DNA from: a virus
Taxonomy: Duplodnaviria; Caudoviricetes
Direction: 5' to 3' (one strand)
IMG/VR virus record: IMGVR_UViG_3300033513_000010
Coordinates: 1-52,861 of that record
Length of the DNA stretch: 52,861 bases
The notes under the pieces are model-generated. The model was not told the DNA's origin. It did no database searches and worked only from the letters and a program-made list of their open reading frames with translations. A program made the position numbers and the translations under genes. Of this stretch, positions 1-9,373 are shown piece by piece. The stretch's first letter is position 1. Each line of letters opens with the position of its first letter.

Positions 1-259
1 GTATCTCCAGGCGGTCATAACTCGCGAGGGTTACGACCCGGAGACGATTAACAATTGGCGGGCCATCTTCCAGATACAGGGCCGGGCGGTGGATATTGCC
101 AATACGCCAGCGCCCGGATGGGTGGTCACGAGCCACCACTGGCAACCCATGCCAGGCCGGGCGGCGATGGCAGTAGTATTGATGGACGGCGTGGATGAGT
201 TTCGGATACCCTGGCGGGTGACGGTGTGGCTCCTGCCATATAGTAGGGCAGGTGGATGA
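1..259 (+). CDS. C-terminal part of lytic transglycosylase, allele A (5'-truncated by window edge)
   Basis: 1-126 identical to 50553-50678 inside the SLT ORF, then diverges but stays homologous and in frame (...WRVTVWLLPYSRAGG*). Confidence 0.8.
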   Translation, partial: YLQAVITREGYDPETINNWRAIFQIQGRAVDIANTPAPGWVVTSHHWQPMPGRAAMAVVLMDGVDEFRIPWRVTVWLLPYSRAGG

Positions 260-271
260 AAGGACGGCGAG

Positions 272-445
272 ATGGATTACCTTGTAATCTTTGGACTTCT
301 GATGTGCGCGTTGGCGGTGGGCGTTGTCTCATTCTTGCTTGGCTATTGGATTGGCTTTGAACGTGGGGAGGATTCCGGGGCGTTTCACTTCGCTATGCTT
401 TCACGGCGTGGCGAATTTGATGATGAGGAAGATGATGATGACTAG
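272..445 (+). CDS. small membrane protein (57 aa)
   Basis: MDYLVIFGLLMCALAVGVVSFLLGYWIG... one hydrophobic helix and acidic tail; below ORF-track cutoff. Confidence 0.55.
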   Translation: MDYLVIFGLLMCALAVGVVSFLLGYWIGFERGEDSGAFHFAMLSRRGEFDDEEDDDD

Positions 446-477
446 GCTTGTGCGTGGAGAAAAAGAGAGGGGGCGCA

Positions 478-618
478 ATGTGCAGCGCGATACAACTTGC
501 AATCAGTGACATCATTAGAACTATTGGCATTGGAATAGCCCTGGGACTGGCCCCCGCCTTATTTCTTGTGATGGTCATGTGGGGTGAGCGGCGGCTTGAT
601 AGGAGGGATACCGATTGA
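478..618 (+). CDS. small membrane protein (46 aa)
   Basis: GAGAGGGGG RBS; MCSAIQLAISDIIRTIGIGIALGLAPALFLVMVMW...; stop overlaps next ATG. Confidence 0.5.
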   Translation: MCSAIQLAISDIIRTIGIGIALGLAPALFLVMVMWGERRLDRRDTD

Positions 619-842
619 TGCGCAAACGATTTCTTGTGGAAGAAGTTCGAAATGGCCGTCATTGTGCGATTGATGATAATAGGTTGCGTGAGATAGTCAT
701 TACAGAAGGGTGGGCAAACGATATCCATTACGATGGCCTCACAAGGTGGGCCATCACCGACGACGGCCACCTTTTTCTTCTCGACGATATGAGGAATTGG
801 GCTTGCCCACCCAGTGGCCGATTTACGGTTGCTTGGTTTTGA
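618..842 (+). CDS. hypothetical protein
   Basis: AGGAGG RBS, TGATG coupling to upstream ORF. Confidence 0.6.
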   Translation: MRKRFLVEEVRNGRHCAIDDNRLREIVITEGWANDIHYDGLTRWAITDDGHLFLLDDMRNWACPPSGRFTVAWF

Positions 843-896
843 GGCGGCCCATTCCCGATATTCCATAATATCGTTACCGATTTTCAAGGAGGAAAT

Positions 897-1397
897 ATGG
901 GCGCGAAGACTAAAGATGAGAAGGGCGCTGGAAAGAACTTGAACATGGTATGGCATGGTGTTCCATGCGTCGCGGATGAACTTGGCGAGGGACTTCGCCA
1001 TAGTATCTGGTTGTGCTGGCGATGCGCCCGCCTTGTAACGGAGGGGGATATTTGGCTCCTTGCCCCTACCCTTTCAAGCGAGGAGGCTGCGGCGGTAGCG
1101 GATTGCATCGCCAGCGAGACGCTTCGCTGGCGATTGATCGAGAAGGAAGGCGAGTTGGAAGGGTTGCTTTGGGAGGTGGTCGCGGACTCGCAAATTCCCG
1201 CCCTCGTCGGGGATAAACTTATACCAGCCGGAACGATAGAAACTATGTATCAAGATGGTAGACCCAGTTTTCAGTGTCAATGGTGTTACCAGGATGTCGG
1301 GGAAGGGTACGGTCACACCCCCGAATGTTTGATTGTGCGTATCCATGAGGCCCTTGCGACGATTGACGAGGAGAAGGACAATGAACCTTGTGCTTGA
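897..1397 (+). CDS. hypothetical protein, in-frame fusion of two genes that are separate in allele B
   Basis: AGGAGG RBS; N-terminus matches 52100-52289, C-terminus matches 52700 onward. Confidence 0.75.
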   Translation: MGAKTKDEKGAGKNLNMVWHGVPCVADELGEGLRHSIWLCWRCARLVTEGDIWLLAPTLSSEEAAAVADCIASETLRWRLIEKEGELEGLLWEVVADSQIPALVGDKLIPAGTIETMYQDGRPSFQCQWCYQDVGEGYGHTPECLIVRIHEALATIDEEKDNEPCA

Positions 1398-1632
1398 TGT
1401 TGACGTGGACGTGGAGGCCGCTCGTGGGATGCTCATTCAATGCGTGTTCAACGAACGCCTGTTCGGCGAACTCAGCGCGGATGCAGCCGTAGCGAAGGTT
1501 ACGGGGCTTTCGACTTCTCCCGATAAAGTGGTTTGTGAGCGGCTATTCGACTTGGTGTTCTCGCCGGGGTTAGTCAAGTGGTCTATTCGAAATGAAAATG
1601 ATGACGGGGGGAAAGAACAAGATGCTGCCTGA
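1381..1632 (+). CDS. hypothetical protein
   Basis: GAGGAGAAGGA RBS before ATG 1381; operon packing. Confidence 0.6.
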   Translation: MNLVLDVDVDVEAARGMLIQCVFNERLFGELSADAAVAKVTGLSTSPDKVVCERLFDLVFSPGLVKWSIRNENDDGGKEQDAA

Positions 1633-1828
1633 GTGGTATCTCATCGGCTCCTGCATTTTCCAGGCCATTCTCGTGATGAGCATTGTGCTAATCGCCATCG
1701 TCATTGCGGGGACGGGCAAAGAGTTACGGACGCGGTTGGGGGGCATCCAGCACGCCCTGGAGGCCATCTACGATTTGATCGCAGGCGGCTCAGGGCCGGG
1801 GCGGCCACTTACTTCCAGTAAAAATTAG
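1622..1828 (+). CDS. small membrane protein
   Basis: hydrophobic N-terminal helix; overlaps upstream ORF. Confidence 0.6.
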   Translation: MLPEWYLIGSCIFQAILVMSIVLIAIVIAGTGKELRTRLGGIQHALEAIYDLIAGGSGPGRPLTSSKN

Positions 1829-1837
1829 GAGGGGACA

Positions 1838-2125
1838 ATGAAAACAACCGGGCAAACTGTAGAGGGCGGGTTTATGGTGACAATGAGCGAAGACGAGCAC
1901 AAAATCCTCTTTGCCCTTCAGCAAGCCGCTCAGGGATACTCGTGGGGTGAGATATTCCAGAAGCCAGCCGACCTGAGCGCTGACCTGGACGGTGCGCTCA
2001 AGCTCGTGGCGCTTTGGGTCGAGCACCGAATGGCGATTGTTGAGATGCAGGCGGCAATCGAACGTGCCAAGCGGGCGCTTGGCTATCCAGTGCAGGGTGT
2101 AGATAACACCGCCCCGACGACATGA
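1838..2125 (+). CDS. hypothetical protein
   Basis: AGGAGGGG RBS; ATGA coupling downstream. Confidence 0.65.
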   Translation: MKTTGQTVEGGFMVTMSEDEHKILFALQQAAQGYSWGEIFQKPADLSADLDGALKLVALWVEHRMAIVEMQAAIERAKRALGYPVQGVDNTAPTT

Positions 2126-2364
2126 CCAGAAACGTAGTAAGCAGTAATATCGTCGTTCTGAAGTGCGATTGTGGACTTCCGTATGCCGAAGTTCGCGATG
2201 GCGTCCTGCGCGTCGTTTCCCGCCATCACGGGGAACGGCATACGAACGACATCGCCATTGCCCGGCTGGCCGAAATAGGGCACGAGGAGGCGCTGGCGGC
2301 GCTGTTGCGGAAAGTGTTGACGCCGCCCCCAGGCAAGGCGGGGGTGGAAGGAGAAGAACAATGA
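2122..2364 (+). CDS. small putative Zn-binding protein
   Basis: CDCG and HHGERH motifs; ATGA overlaps on both sides. Confidence 0.6.
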   Translation: MTRNVVSSNIVVLKCDCGLPYAEVRDGVLRVVSRHHGERHTNDIAIARLAEIGHEEALAALLRKVLTPPPGKAGVEGEEQ

Positions 2365-2672
2365 GGTTCCTTGGGGCAAATCCAGAGAGAGAAGTCATCG
2401 TCCAGTTGACTGCGCAGGAATGGAAACTGTTGAGTGATCTTATCACGTCGTCTCGCTCAGGCGAGGATTGGGATTTCCTGGGTGACTTCGGATACTTGCC
2501 ATCATCCAGTGTAACTAATATGGAACCAGTTCTATTGGCGGTTTCACACTGGGTTGAGGCGCGGGAATGGGTATCCAGATTCCGGGAGATGGTAAACCGA
2601 TTTGAGAAAAAACTGATGGCTTGTGAAGAACCTAAACCCGGGGACGATACCGCCCCCACTGAGGGGGACTGA
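2361..2672 (+). CDS. hypothetical protein
   Basis: AAGGAG RBS, ATGA overlap; MRFLGANPER... Confidence 0.65.
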   Translation: MRFLGANPEREVIVQLTAQEWKLLSDLITSSRSGEDWDFLGDFGYLPSSSVTNMEPVLLAVSHWVEAREWVSRFREMVNRFEKKLMACEEPKPGDDTAPTEGD

Positions 2673-2760
2673 TTTTAGGCGATTTCCCATCCGTGTAGGG
2701 AATTACACCGCCCCCCTGCCAAAAACGGCCAAAATCGCCTCGCATATCGCACCACGTCAC
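2671..2760. repeat. dispersed hairpin element, copy 1 of 3
   Basis: core AAAATCGCCTCGCATATCGCACCACG (2731-2756) with upstream complementary AGGCGATTT; also at 33263-33362 and 35878-35975. Confidence 0.8.
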
Positions 2761-2780
2761 GGCAGGGGGGTGTGACGGTG

Positions 2781-2809
2781 TTGACAACTCCTTCGGAATC
2801 TGTTAAACT
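2781..2809 (+). promoter_or_regulatory. sigma70-type promoter of structural operon
   Basis: TTGACA-N17-TAAACT with extended TG. Confidence 0.7.
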
Positions 2810-2874
2810 ATCGGTGTCTGTGATGCGAGTGCGCGTGAGGTCTTCACAATGCGCCCGAATGTACACCCGGTTGT

Positions 2875-5109
2875 GTGTGCCCATTCGGGCGCAAGCCTTT
2901 ATTGTCGCAGTTGACCCTCCCGCAGCGATTGAGACTGGCCTGGCGAGTTGTGTTAGCCGACTCGCGGCTCCTGCATGCTCTTGCCCCCGGTTTTCGCCGC
3001 GCTGTTGAATTAGGTCAATTCGCCCTCCGGCAACCAACCCCCACTTGGCGTATGGTGGACTACGAGGGGCTGGCTACAGAAGGCTACACAAAGAACTCCC
3101 CGATTTTCACTGCTATTCAGTTCAAGGCGCGGGCCATTGGCAGCATTCCCCTTCGCGCCTACATTGGAACGCAAGACAACCCGGAACCTGCTCCAGACAG
3201 ACACCCGCTCGCGGTGTTGCTCCGACGGCCCAATCGCGTCCAGGGCATCAGCCAATTCTTGACACTATCGCACGTATACCTGAATCTTTCAGGCGACGTT
3301 TTTATTGGCCTTGTCCGTGAGCGGACGGGCATTCAGGCCATGTACACGCTGCGGCCAGACCGGGTGAATATCCTCATGGGGCCGGAAGGGCTTGCCGGGT
3401 ATCGCTGGATACCGAGTGGTGGTACGATACAGGACGCTGTTCATTTTCTCCCCGAAGACCTCGTTCATATTAAATATCCCAACCCCCTTGACCCTTGGGA
3501 GGGCGTAGGCTATGGCCTATCCCCGTTGTGTTCCGCCGCCCGGTCGGCGGATGTGGACAATGCGGCGACCGATTTCCTCAAGATTTTCTTCGAGGGCGGG
3601 GCGCTGTTCATGGGGCTACTGGAGACAGACCAGAACTTAAGCGAGGCCGAAATCGCCACCATCCAGACGCGGTGGGGTGAGCGGTACGGTGGGTATCGCA
3701 ATTGGGCCGAGAGGGTTGGCGTTCTGGCGCGGGGGCTAAAATACACGCCCATCGTTCCCACGTTTGACCAAATGTCATTCGATACGCTGGACGAGCGAAA
3801 CGAGTCGCGTATCTTGGCGGCCCTCGGCGTCCCGCCAATTCTCGTCGGAGCGCGGGTCGGATTGACGCATTCGACCTATTCGAATTATGCTCAGGCACGG
3901 CTCGCGGTATGGGAAGACACGCTCATCCCGGAAGCGCAGATGTATGAGACAGAATTGGTTAACGCCCTTTCCGGCGGTGGGGCGTTCCCAGGGTTTGATT
4001 ATTCCAAAGTCCCTGCCATGCAAGAGCGTGCCCTGACGCGCGTGACGGCATTCCAGGCGCTTTTTAACTCCGGCTATCCCCGCGACCAGGCTGCGCAAAT
4101 CGTTGGGCTTCCGGCAGGAAGCAGCCCCGGCGGCGATATTTCTTACATGCCCATATCACTGGTTCCTGCCGGGCGTACCCCTTCCACTACGCCGCCTGCT
4201 GACGATGAAGAAGAACCTGACGAGGAAGAGGTGGAGGTCAGCGAAGCGCAGGCGCTATCCCCGGTGGTATCCGCAGAAGTAACGTCCCCCTGGACGCCTG
4301 AGCAGTGCCTATTGCTGTGGCGTATAGCCGACCGCGCCGCTACCAGCCATGAAAACCAATTCAAGCGGGTCGCGCAAGGGAATTTCCGCCGCGAATTGGC
4401 CGCCATCCTTGCGCTATTGCACGGTGAGCAGGTCGCCGCGCGGGCGCGGCGTGGGAGTGTGAATTACAAGGTCTTTCTCGATGACACTTTACAATACCTT
4501 AATACCCGCTCCAATCCAATTTGGCAGGACGCCGCCATGCAGCTTGCTAATGGCATGTTCGATACCGCGCTCGACAGGTGGCAGGTCGTCGGGATAATTC
4601 CAATCGGCGACCCGGCGCTCGTCGCCAGCGAAATGATGCGCTACTACCCGATAGAGTTCGCTCAGGCCGTCACCGGGACAACTACAGAGCATATCCGGCT
4701 GGCTATTCAGCAGGGTATCGAGAACGGGTGGGGCATTGAGCGGATGCAAAACCAGCTTCAGTCGCTCTTTGAGGTTTGGATTGAGGGCGGGTCGCCGGAT
4801 GAGAGCTTCCTCTTGGAGCGGCTGCCAAACTGGCGGGCGGAACTGATTGCCCGGTACGAAACGATACGCTCGTACAACCTCGCCAGCCTCGGCATTTTCG
4901 GGGCGGCGGCTGTGCCACTGAAGCAGTGGCTCGCCACAATGGATGACCGCGTGCGGCCTGACCACGCGATGACTAACGGGCAAATAAAACCAGTTCGGCA
5001 GCCATTTAACGTCGCGGGGTATCAGATGATGTACCCCGGCGACCTTTCGATGGGTGCGCCACTTGAAGAAGCGATGAACTGCCGTTGCGCGATGGCTCCT
5101 ATTTTGTAG
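2875..5109 (+). CDS. HK97-type portal protein fused to MuF/SPP1 gp7-like head morphogenesis domain (start uncertain)
   Basis: portal motifs (LRPDRV, HIKYPNP..GLSP, ILAALGVPP..G, TYSN); C-terminal KQWLATMDDRVRPDH...YPGD...NCRC MuF motif. Confidence 0.9.
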   Translation: MCPFGRKPLLSQLTLPQRLRLAWRVVLADSRLLHALAPGFRRAVELGQFALRQPTPTWRMVDYEGLATEGYTKNSPIFTAIQFKARAIGSIPLRAYIGTQDNPEPAPDRHPLAVLLRRPNRVQGISQFLTLSHVYLNLSGDVFIGLVRERTGIQAMYTLRPDRVNILMGPEGLAGYRWIPSGGTIQDAVHFLPEDLVHIKYPNPLDPWEGVGYGLSPLCSAARSADVDNAATDFLKIFFEGGALFMGLLETDQNLSEAEIATIQTRWGERYGGYRNWAERVGVLARGLKYTPIVPTFDQMSFDTLDERNESRILAALGVPPILVGARVGLTHSTYSNYAQARLAVWEDTLIPEAQMYETELVNALSGGGAFPGFDYSKVPAMQERALTRVTAFQALFNSGYPRDQAAQIVGLPAGSSPGGDISYMPISLVPAGRTPSTTPPADDEEEPDEEEVEVSEAQALSPVVSAEVTSPWTPEQCLLLWRIADRAATSHENQFKRVAQGNFRRELAAILALLHGEQVAARARRGSVNYKVFLDDTLQYLNTRSNPIWQDAAMQLANGMFDTALDRWQVVGIIPIGDPALVASEMMRYYPIEFAQAVTGTTTEHIRLAIQQGIENGWGIERMQNQLQSLFEVWIEGGSPDESFLLERLPNWRAELIARYETIRSYNLASLGIFGAAAVPLKQWLATMDDRVRPDHAMTNGQIKPVRQPFNVAGYQMMYPGDLSMGAPLEEAMNCRCAMAPIL

Positions 5110-5120
5110 GGGGGAATGAT

Positions 5121-6629
5121 ATGAGTAGAAAGAGAGAACAACGATGTGCGATGTGTAAGCGGGTTATTCGCGGTAGGGCGTATCGCCTTGGCGGTACGTT
5201 CAGCAATACATTCGCTTGTGAGACGTGCTACCGGGAACTGTTGACCGAACGGAGGCCTGAGCCGTCCATGCGGCGTTCCATGTCGGATAAACGCCCTGAC
5301 GTGTTCAAGGCCATTACACCCGGTTACACGCGCGTCGTAGACAAAGCGCAGGGCATCGTCGAGGCGATTGTCAGCGTTACAGGGGTGAGGGATGCCTTCC
5401 AGGACATCATCAAAAAGGGCGCGTTCGCCAAAACCCTTGTAGAGCGCGGGCCAAAGGTGCGTGTCCTCGATGCGCACGATACCAGTACGACGCTTTCGGT
5501 GATTGGTATTCCCCTGGAAATGCGGGAAGTCGAGAAGCGCGAACTCCCGAAAGCGGTGAGGGGGCGTTTCCCGGACGCAACGGGCGGGCTGCTCGTGCGC
5601 ACACAATTCCTGATGGATACCGAACGCGGGCGGGAAGTGTTTTCCCGTATCGCGGCTGGAGCGGTCAACGAGTGGTCAATCGGATTTGACATCATAGACT
5701 CCGAGTACCCCGACGGCGAGCCAAAGAGTTTTGAGGAGATGCTGGACGAACTCCCGACGCGGGTAATCAAGGAAGTGCGGCTGTGGGAATACTCTCCGGT
5801 GATATGGGGCGCAAACCCGGCGACCGAAACGCTCAATGCCCGCAGTCTCCAGCCCGGCGCTGCCGACTTAGGGGCGGGTGAACACAAGCGGGTCCCCGCG
5901 CTCCAATCGTATCCATTGGCCGCCAGGGCGCGGGCTTGGGACGGCGCGGGCGCGGAACGGCGCTGGCGAACCGCTTCTGATTCCGAGGAGGCTCCGAGCG
6001 CCCGCTACCGGAACGGGTTTTTCTGGTTTGACCAGGAGAATGCCGACCAGTTCGGCAGCTACAAGCTCGGTTACGTGGATGTAATAGACGGGACGGCGAC
6101 GGCCATCCCGCGCGGGCTATTTGCCGTAGCGCAGCGCCTCGATGGGACAGACATCCCCGACAGCGATAAGGCGGCTATCCAGAGGCAACTCTCCACCTGG
6201 TACGCCCGAATGCGCGAGGAGTTCGACGACGACACCATCGTACCGCCCTGGGAAGTTTCCCTGGACGTGGCGCTGGAGATACGCGGGGTGGTAGACGCCG
6301 CCGGGCAATTGCTAAATGCCATTTCGCGGGCAAACGCCCTACTTCAGAGCCGTACCATTACGATGAGCCTGGACGTGACCGCTCTGGAGGGGATGGCGCC
6401 AGAGCAGATTCATGGGCTTTACGATGCGATAAGGAAGGAGGCCGCCTTGCGCGGCCTGACACTGACATTCGAAATTGAAGAAAGGGCCGGGTCGCCAGCA
6501 GCGCCCGCCCAGGACAGCGCCGACCTGAAGGCCGGGCCATCTCCCGAAGGGGAAATACCCACCGAAGATGTACGGGCGCTCAAAGACGCTATTGAGGCGC
6601 GGCGTAAGCGCCTCGACAACCTACAGTAG
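5121..6629 (+). CDS. HK97-family prohead protease with N- and C-terminal extensions
   Basis: DIIKKGAFAKT, LDAHD, WSIGF, LWEYSPVIWGANPAT motifs; between portal and capsid. Confidence 0.9.
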   Translation: MSRKREQRCAMCKRVIRGRAYRLGGTFSNTFACETCYRELLTERRPEPSMRRSMSDKRPDVFKAITPGYTRVVDKAQGIVEAIVSVTGVRDAFQDIIKKGAFAKTLVERGPKVRVLDAHDTSTTLSVIGIPLEMREVEKRELPKAVRGRFPDATGGLLVRTQFLMDTERGREVFSRIAAGAVNEWSIGFDIIDSEYPDGEPKSFEEMLDELPTRVIKEVRLWEYSPVIWGANPATETLNARSLQPGAADLGAGEHKRVPALQSYPLAARARAWDGAGAERRWRTASDSEEAPSARYRNGFFWFDQENADQFGSYKLGYVDVIDGTATAIPRGLFAVAQRLDGTDIPDSDKAAIQRQLSTWYARMREEFDDDTIVPPWEVSLDVALEIRGVVDAAGQLLNAISRANALLQSRTITMSLDVTALEGMAPEQIHGLYDAIRKEAALRGLTLTFEIEERAGSPAAPAQDSADLKAGPSPEGEIPTEDVRALKDAIEARRKRLDNLQ

Positions 6630-6646
6630 TTTAGAGGAGGATTTTT

Positions 6647-7987
6647 ATGGCAACACAACCTATTCCCCTTCGGGAAGACGATTGGCTTACGAGGGGCGCA
6701 ACCCTGAGACAGCAAGCCATCGCCATCCTGGAGAATCCAGATACCACCCCGGAGCAGCTTGAGCAAGTGGACGCCCTCACGGCGGAAGCCGAAGCGGCGT
6801 TCCAGCGGTCGGCGCGGCTCAGCGAACTGCGCTCCTCACTGGAAGTCGCTCGTAACGCGGGCGCTACACCAGGAGGGGATTACGCCCCGGCTCCATCGGA
6901 TTGGCGGAATTTCGGCGAGTTCCTGCACGCGATTTGGGTAAGTCGCGCGACGGGTCAACTGGCCGATACGCGCCTGCTGCCGTTTCGCCCCGACCGGGGT
7001 GAGGCTGCGGAAGCGCAGGCCATCGTCGCCTCAATGGCTCCGGCAGCCCGGAAGGACTTGGCCGAAGCGGTCGGCGCAACGGGGGGCTTTCTCGTTCCGA
7101 CAGAGTTCCAGGCGCAACTGCTGAGTGTCGCTGCGGAGCGGGCCATCATCCGCCCGCGTGCAACGGTCATTCGGATGCGCAATCGCAGCGTCCAGATTCC
7201 GGTGCTCGACCAGACTGGAACCTCGACTTCGAAGTGTAACTTCTTCGGCGGCATCCAGGTCTTTTGGGCGGAAGAAGCCGCACAGAAAACCGAGAGTGAA
7301 CCTGCCTTCCGTCAGATTGAACTGGTCGCTCACAAACTGATTGGCTATACGCGGGCCTCAGACGAACTGCTCGCCGACAGCGCCATTGCCCTGGCCGACT
7401 TCTTCAACAGTCCGCTCGGCTTCACGGGCGCGATTGCCTGGGAAGAGGATTACCGCTTCCTGACAGGCACGGGCGCGGGTATGCCGCTCGGTATCGTCCC
7501 GGCGGCGGCCACTATCACCGCCCCGCGTGCTGTTGCAGGGCACGTGAACTACGACGACGTGGTGGGGATGCTTCAGCGCTTCCTGCCTGGCGCGAGTGGT
7601 ATGTGGGTAGCGAGCCAGAGCGTGCTCTCTGACCTCGCACTGATGAGTGGCCCGGCGGGCAACCCTGCTTACGTCTGGCTCCAGGATGCTTCCGGGGGTA
7701 TCCCTGGTCGGCTGTTGGGCTACCCCATCATGTTCACCGAGAAACTGCCGCTCCTCGGCTCCGAAGGCGACATCCTGCTCATTGACCCGGCCTACTATCT
7801 GATTGGTGACCGCCAGGCGACAACCGTCGAGGCGACTCAATTTGACCGTTGGCGGGAAGACCAGACGAGTTGGCGAGCCGTCCACCGCGTGGATGGTCAG
7901 CCCTGGCTCTCGGCTCCGCTCACCTTCCGTGATGGGACGACTCAGGTCAGCCCGTTCGTGAAGTTGGGCGCGGGCGGCGGCTCGTAA
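6647..7987 (+). CDS. major capsid protein (HK97 fold)
   Basis: GGFLVPTEF, WAEEAAQK, AHKL, SDELLADS, GTGAGMPLGI, RLLGYPI motifs; AGAGGAGG RBS. Confidence 0.95.
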   Translation: MATQPIPLREDDWLTRGATLRQQAIAILENPDTTPEQLEQVDALTAEAEAAFQRSARLSELRSSLEVARNAGATPGGDYAPAPSDWRNFGEFLHAIWVSRATGQLADTRLLPFRPDRGEAAEAQAIVASMAPAARKDLAEAVGATGGFLVPTEFQAQLLSVAAERAIIRPRATVIRMRNRSVQIPVLDQTGTSTSKCNFFGGIQVFWAEEAAQKTESEPAFRQIELVAHKLIGYTRASDELLADSAIALADFFNSPLGFTGAIAWEEDYRFLTGTGAGMPLGIVPAAATITAPRAVAGHVNYDDVVGMLQRFLPGASGMWVASQSVLSDLALMSGPAGNPAYVWLQDASGGIPGRLLGYPIMFTEKLPLLGSEGDILLIDPAYYLIGDRQATTVEATQFDRWREDQTSWRAVHRVDGQPWLSAPLTFRDGTTQVSPFVKLGAGGGS

Positions 7988-7996
7988 GGAGGTAAT

Positions 7997-8446
7997 ATGG
8001 GCTATACAGAAGCAGTACAAGAACGGCATGTCCCGCTCGCTGTCCTCTACCCGGTCAACCGGGGGGCTGGCGTTTACGATACAGGATACGTCTCGCTGGC
8101 GGGCTACCATCGCGCCTGGGCACTGGTGGAGATTGGCGCAATGGCTGCCGGGGCGACGTTCGATGTGGACATGGAAATTGCGACCGACGACGCGGGAACT
8201 GATGCCTACGACCTGAAGGAGACGGCTCAGCTTACCCAAGCGGCGGATGGCAATGACCACCTCGTCCTCATCAACCTGCGTTCGGAAGAAATCACCAATC
8301 CGGACGGCCTCGGACTGGACAGGGATTACGTTAACCTCGAAGTTACCATCGGGGTAAACGCGGTTTACTGTTCAGTCGTCATCTTCGGCACTGTGCCACG
8401 CTACGCACCTGGTAGCGAGGCGCTGTGGGATGAAATCGTGGATTAA
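7997..8446 (+). CDS. putative capsid decoration/accessory head protein
   Basis: beta-rich 149 aa directly after capsid gene, strong RBS. Confidence 0.6.
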   Translation: MGYTEAVQERHVPLAVLYPVNRGAGVYDTGYVSLAGYHRAWALVEIGAMAAGATFDVDMEIATDDAGTDAYDLKETAQLTQAADGNDHLVLINLRSEEITNPDGLGLDRDYVNLEVTIGVNAVYCSVVIFGTVPRYAPGSEALWDEIVD

Positions 8447-8456
8447 CCCATAGTGC

Positions 8457-8489
8457 GGTGGTAGGGGGTGTTCATGCCCCCTACCACCC
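8457..8489 (+). terminator. hairpin after capsid/decoration genes
   Basis: GGTGGTAGGGG...CCCCTACCACC inverted repeat; no clear U-tract. Confidence 0.5.
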
Positions 8490-8499
8490 TCTGAATAAT

Positions 8500-9171
8500 A
8501 TGTGGCTTAGACTAACTACCGTAAAGCGCATCGAGAAGGCGGGGCGGGTTGAGGTTTACCAGCCCGGTGATTGGATTCAGGTTGGGGAACACGTTGGGCG
8601 CTACCTGGCAATGCAGTGGATTGCCGACGGGTCGGCGGAAGCGGTTGGGCACAAGCCGACGGAACTGACGGCGCTTACATCGGACACTGGAATCGTCATT
8701 TTGACCAATGCGCCCCATGCGCAGAAACAGGTAGCCGAACTCTTTGAGAATAAGGTTGCGGTCACTGTCGGGAGCCTATCCACGCCCTACCGCAAGACGC
8801 TCCTCTGGCATCCCTCGGTGCGATTGCGGGCGGAAGTAGTTCATTGGGGCATGATGCGCTTGGACAATTGGCAAGTGGTCGTCCCACTCTGGCGCTACGA
8901 TACCCTCGCTTCGGAGATTGGCTCCGAAGCCGACCGGGCCAGGACACAGGCCATTACGCACGACTTGCGAATTATGGTCTACCAGCCCGGACTGGTGTTC
9001 CTCCGGGTATGCCCGGAAACTCGGCAGCTAATCGAGTTTTGGAAAGAGGAACTGATTGACGCGGATGAACCCAAACTGGCCTTCCTGCGAGCCATCTACC
9101 GCGCCAGGCCAATTCTCTGCTCGTGTCCACCCGGATGGGGAGGGGAGATAAATGCCAAGCGAACTCGATAA
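8500..9171 (+). CDS. hypothetical protein, possibly degenerate GT-A-like
   Basis: C-terminal YQPGLVFLR...FWKEE...AFLRAIY resembles the two following glycosyltransferases. Confidence 0.6.
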   Translation: MWLRLTTVKRIEKAGRVEVYQPGDWIQVGEHVGRYLAMQWIADGSAEAVGHKPTELTALTSDTGIVILTNAPHAQKQVAELFENKVAVTVGSLSTPYRKTLLWHPSVRLRAEVVHWGMMRLDNWQVVVPLWRYDTLASEIGSEADRARTQAITHDLRIMVYQPGLVFLRVCPETRQLIEFWKEELIDADEPKLAFLRAIYRARPILCSCPPGWGGEINAKRTR

Positions 9172-9373
9172 GAATGCACTCGGCAGTTTCTTAGGCGATT
9201 TGGCTGGGCTCTGCGTGAGCCATCATGTTCATATCGTCATCGGCGAAACGTCGTTTATCCTGGTCGGCGATCGGCCATTCTATGATATGTACATTACGCC
9301 AAATGGCTCTGCCCGGCTCGTTATCCCCGGTGGGGAAGATTTGGTGGTGACTGTACCAGGTGACACAGCGTAG
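9152..9373 (+). CDS. hypothetical protein
   Basis: GGAGGGGAG RBS; overlaps neighbours. Confidence 0.6.
   Translation: MPSELDKNALGSFLGDLAGLCVSHHVHIVIGETSFILVGDRPFYDMYITPNGSARLVIPGGEDLVVTVPGDTA

Noticed and set aside
1-126. Direct terminal repeats of a linear genome
   Set aside because: Identity stops at 126 bp and the far end matches an internal site (1111-1237); this fits a circular assembly with a bubble better.
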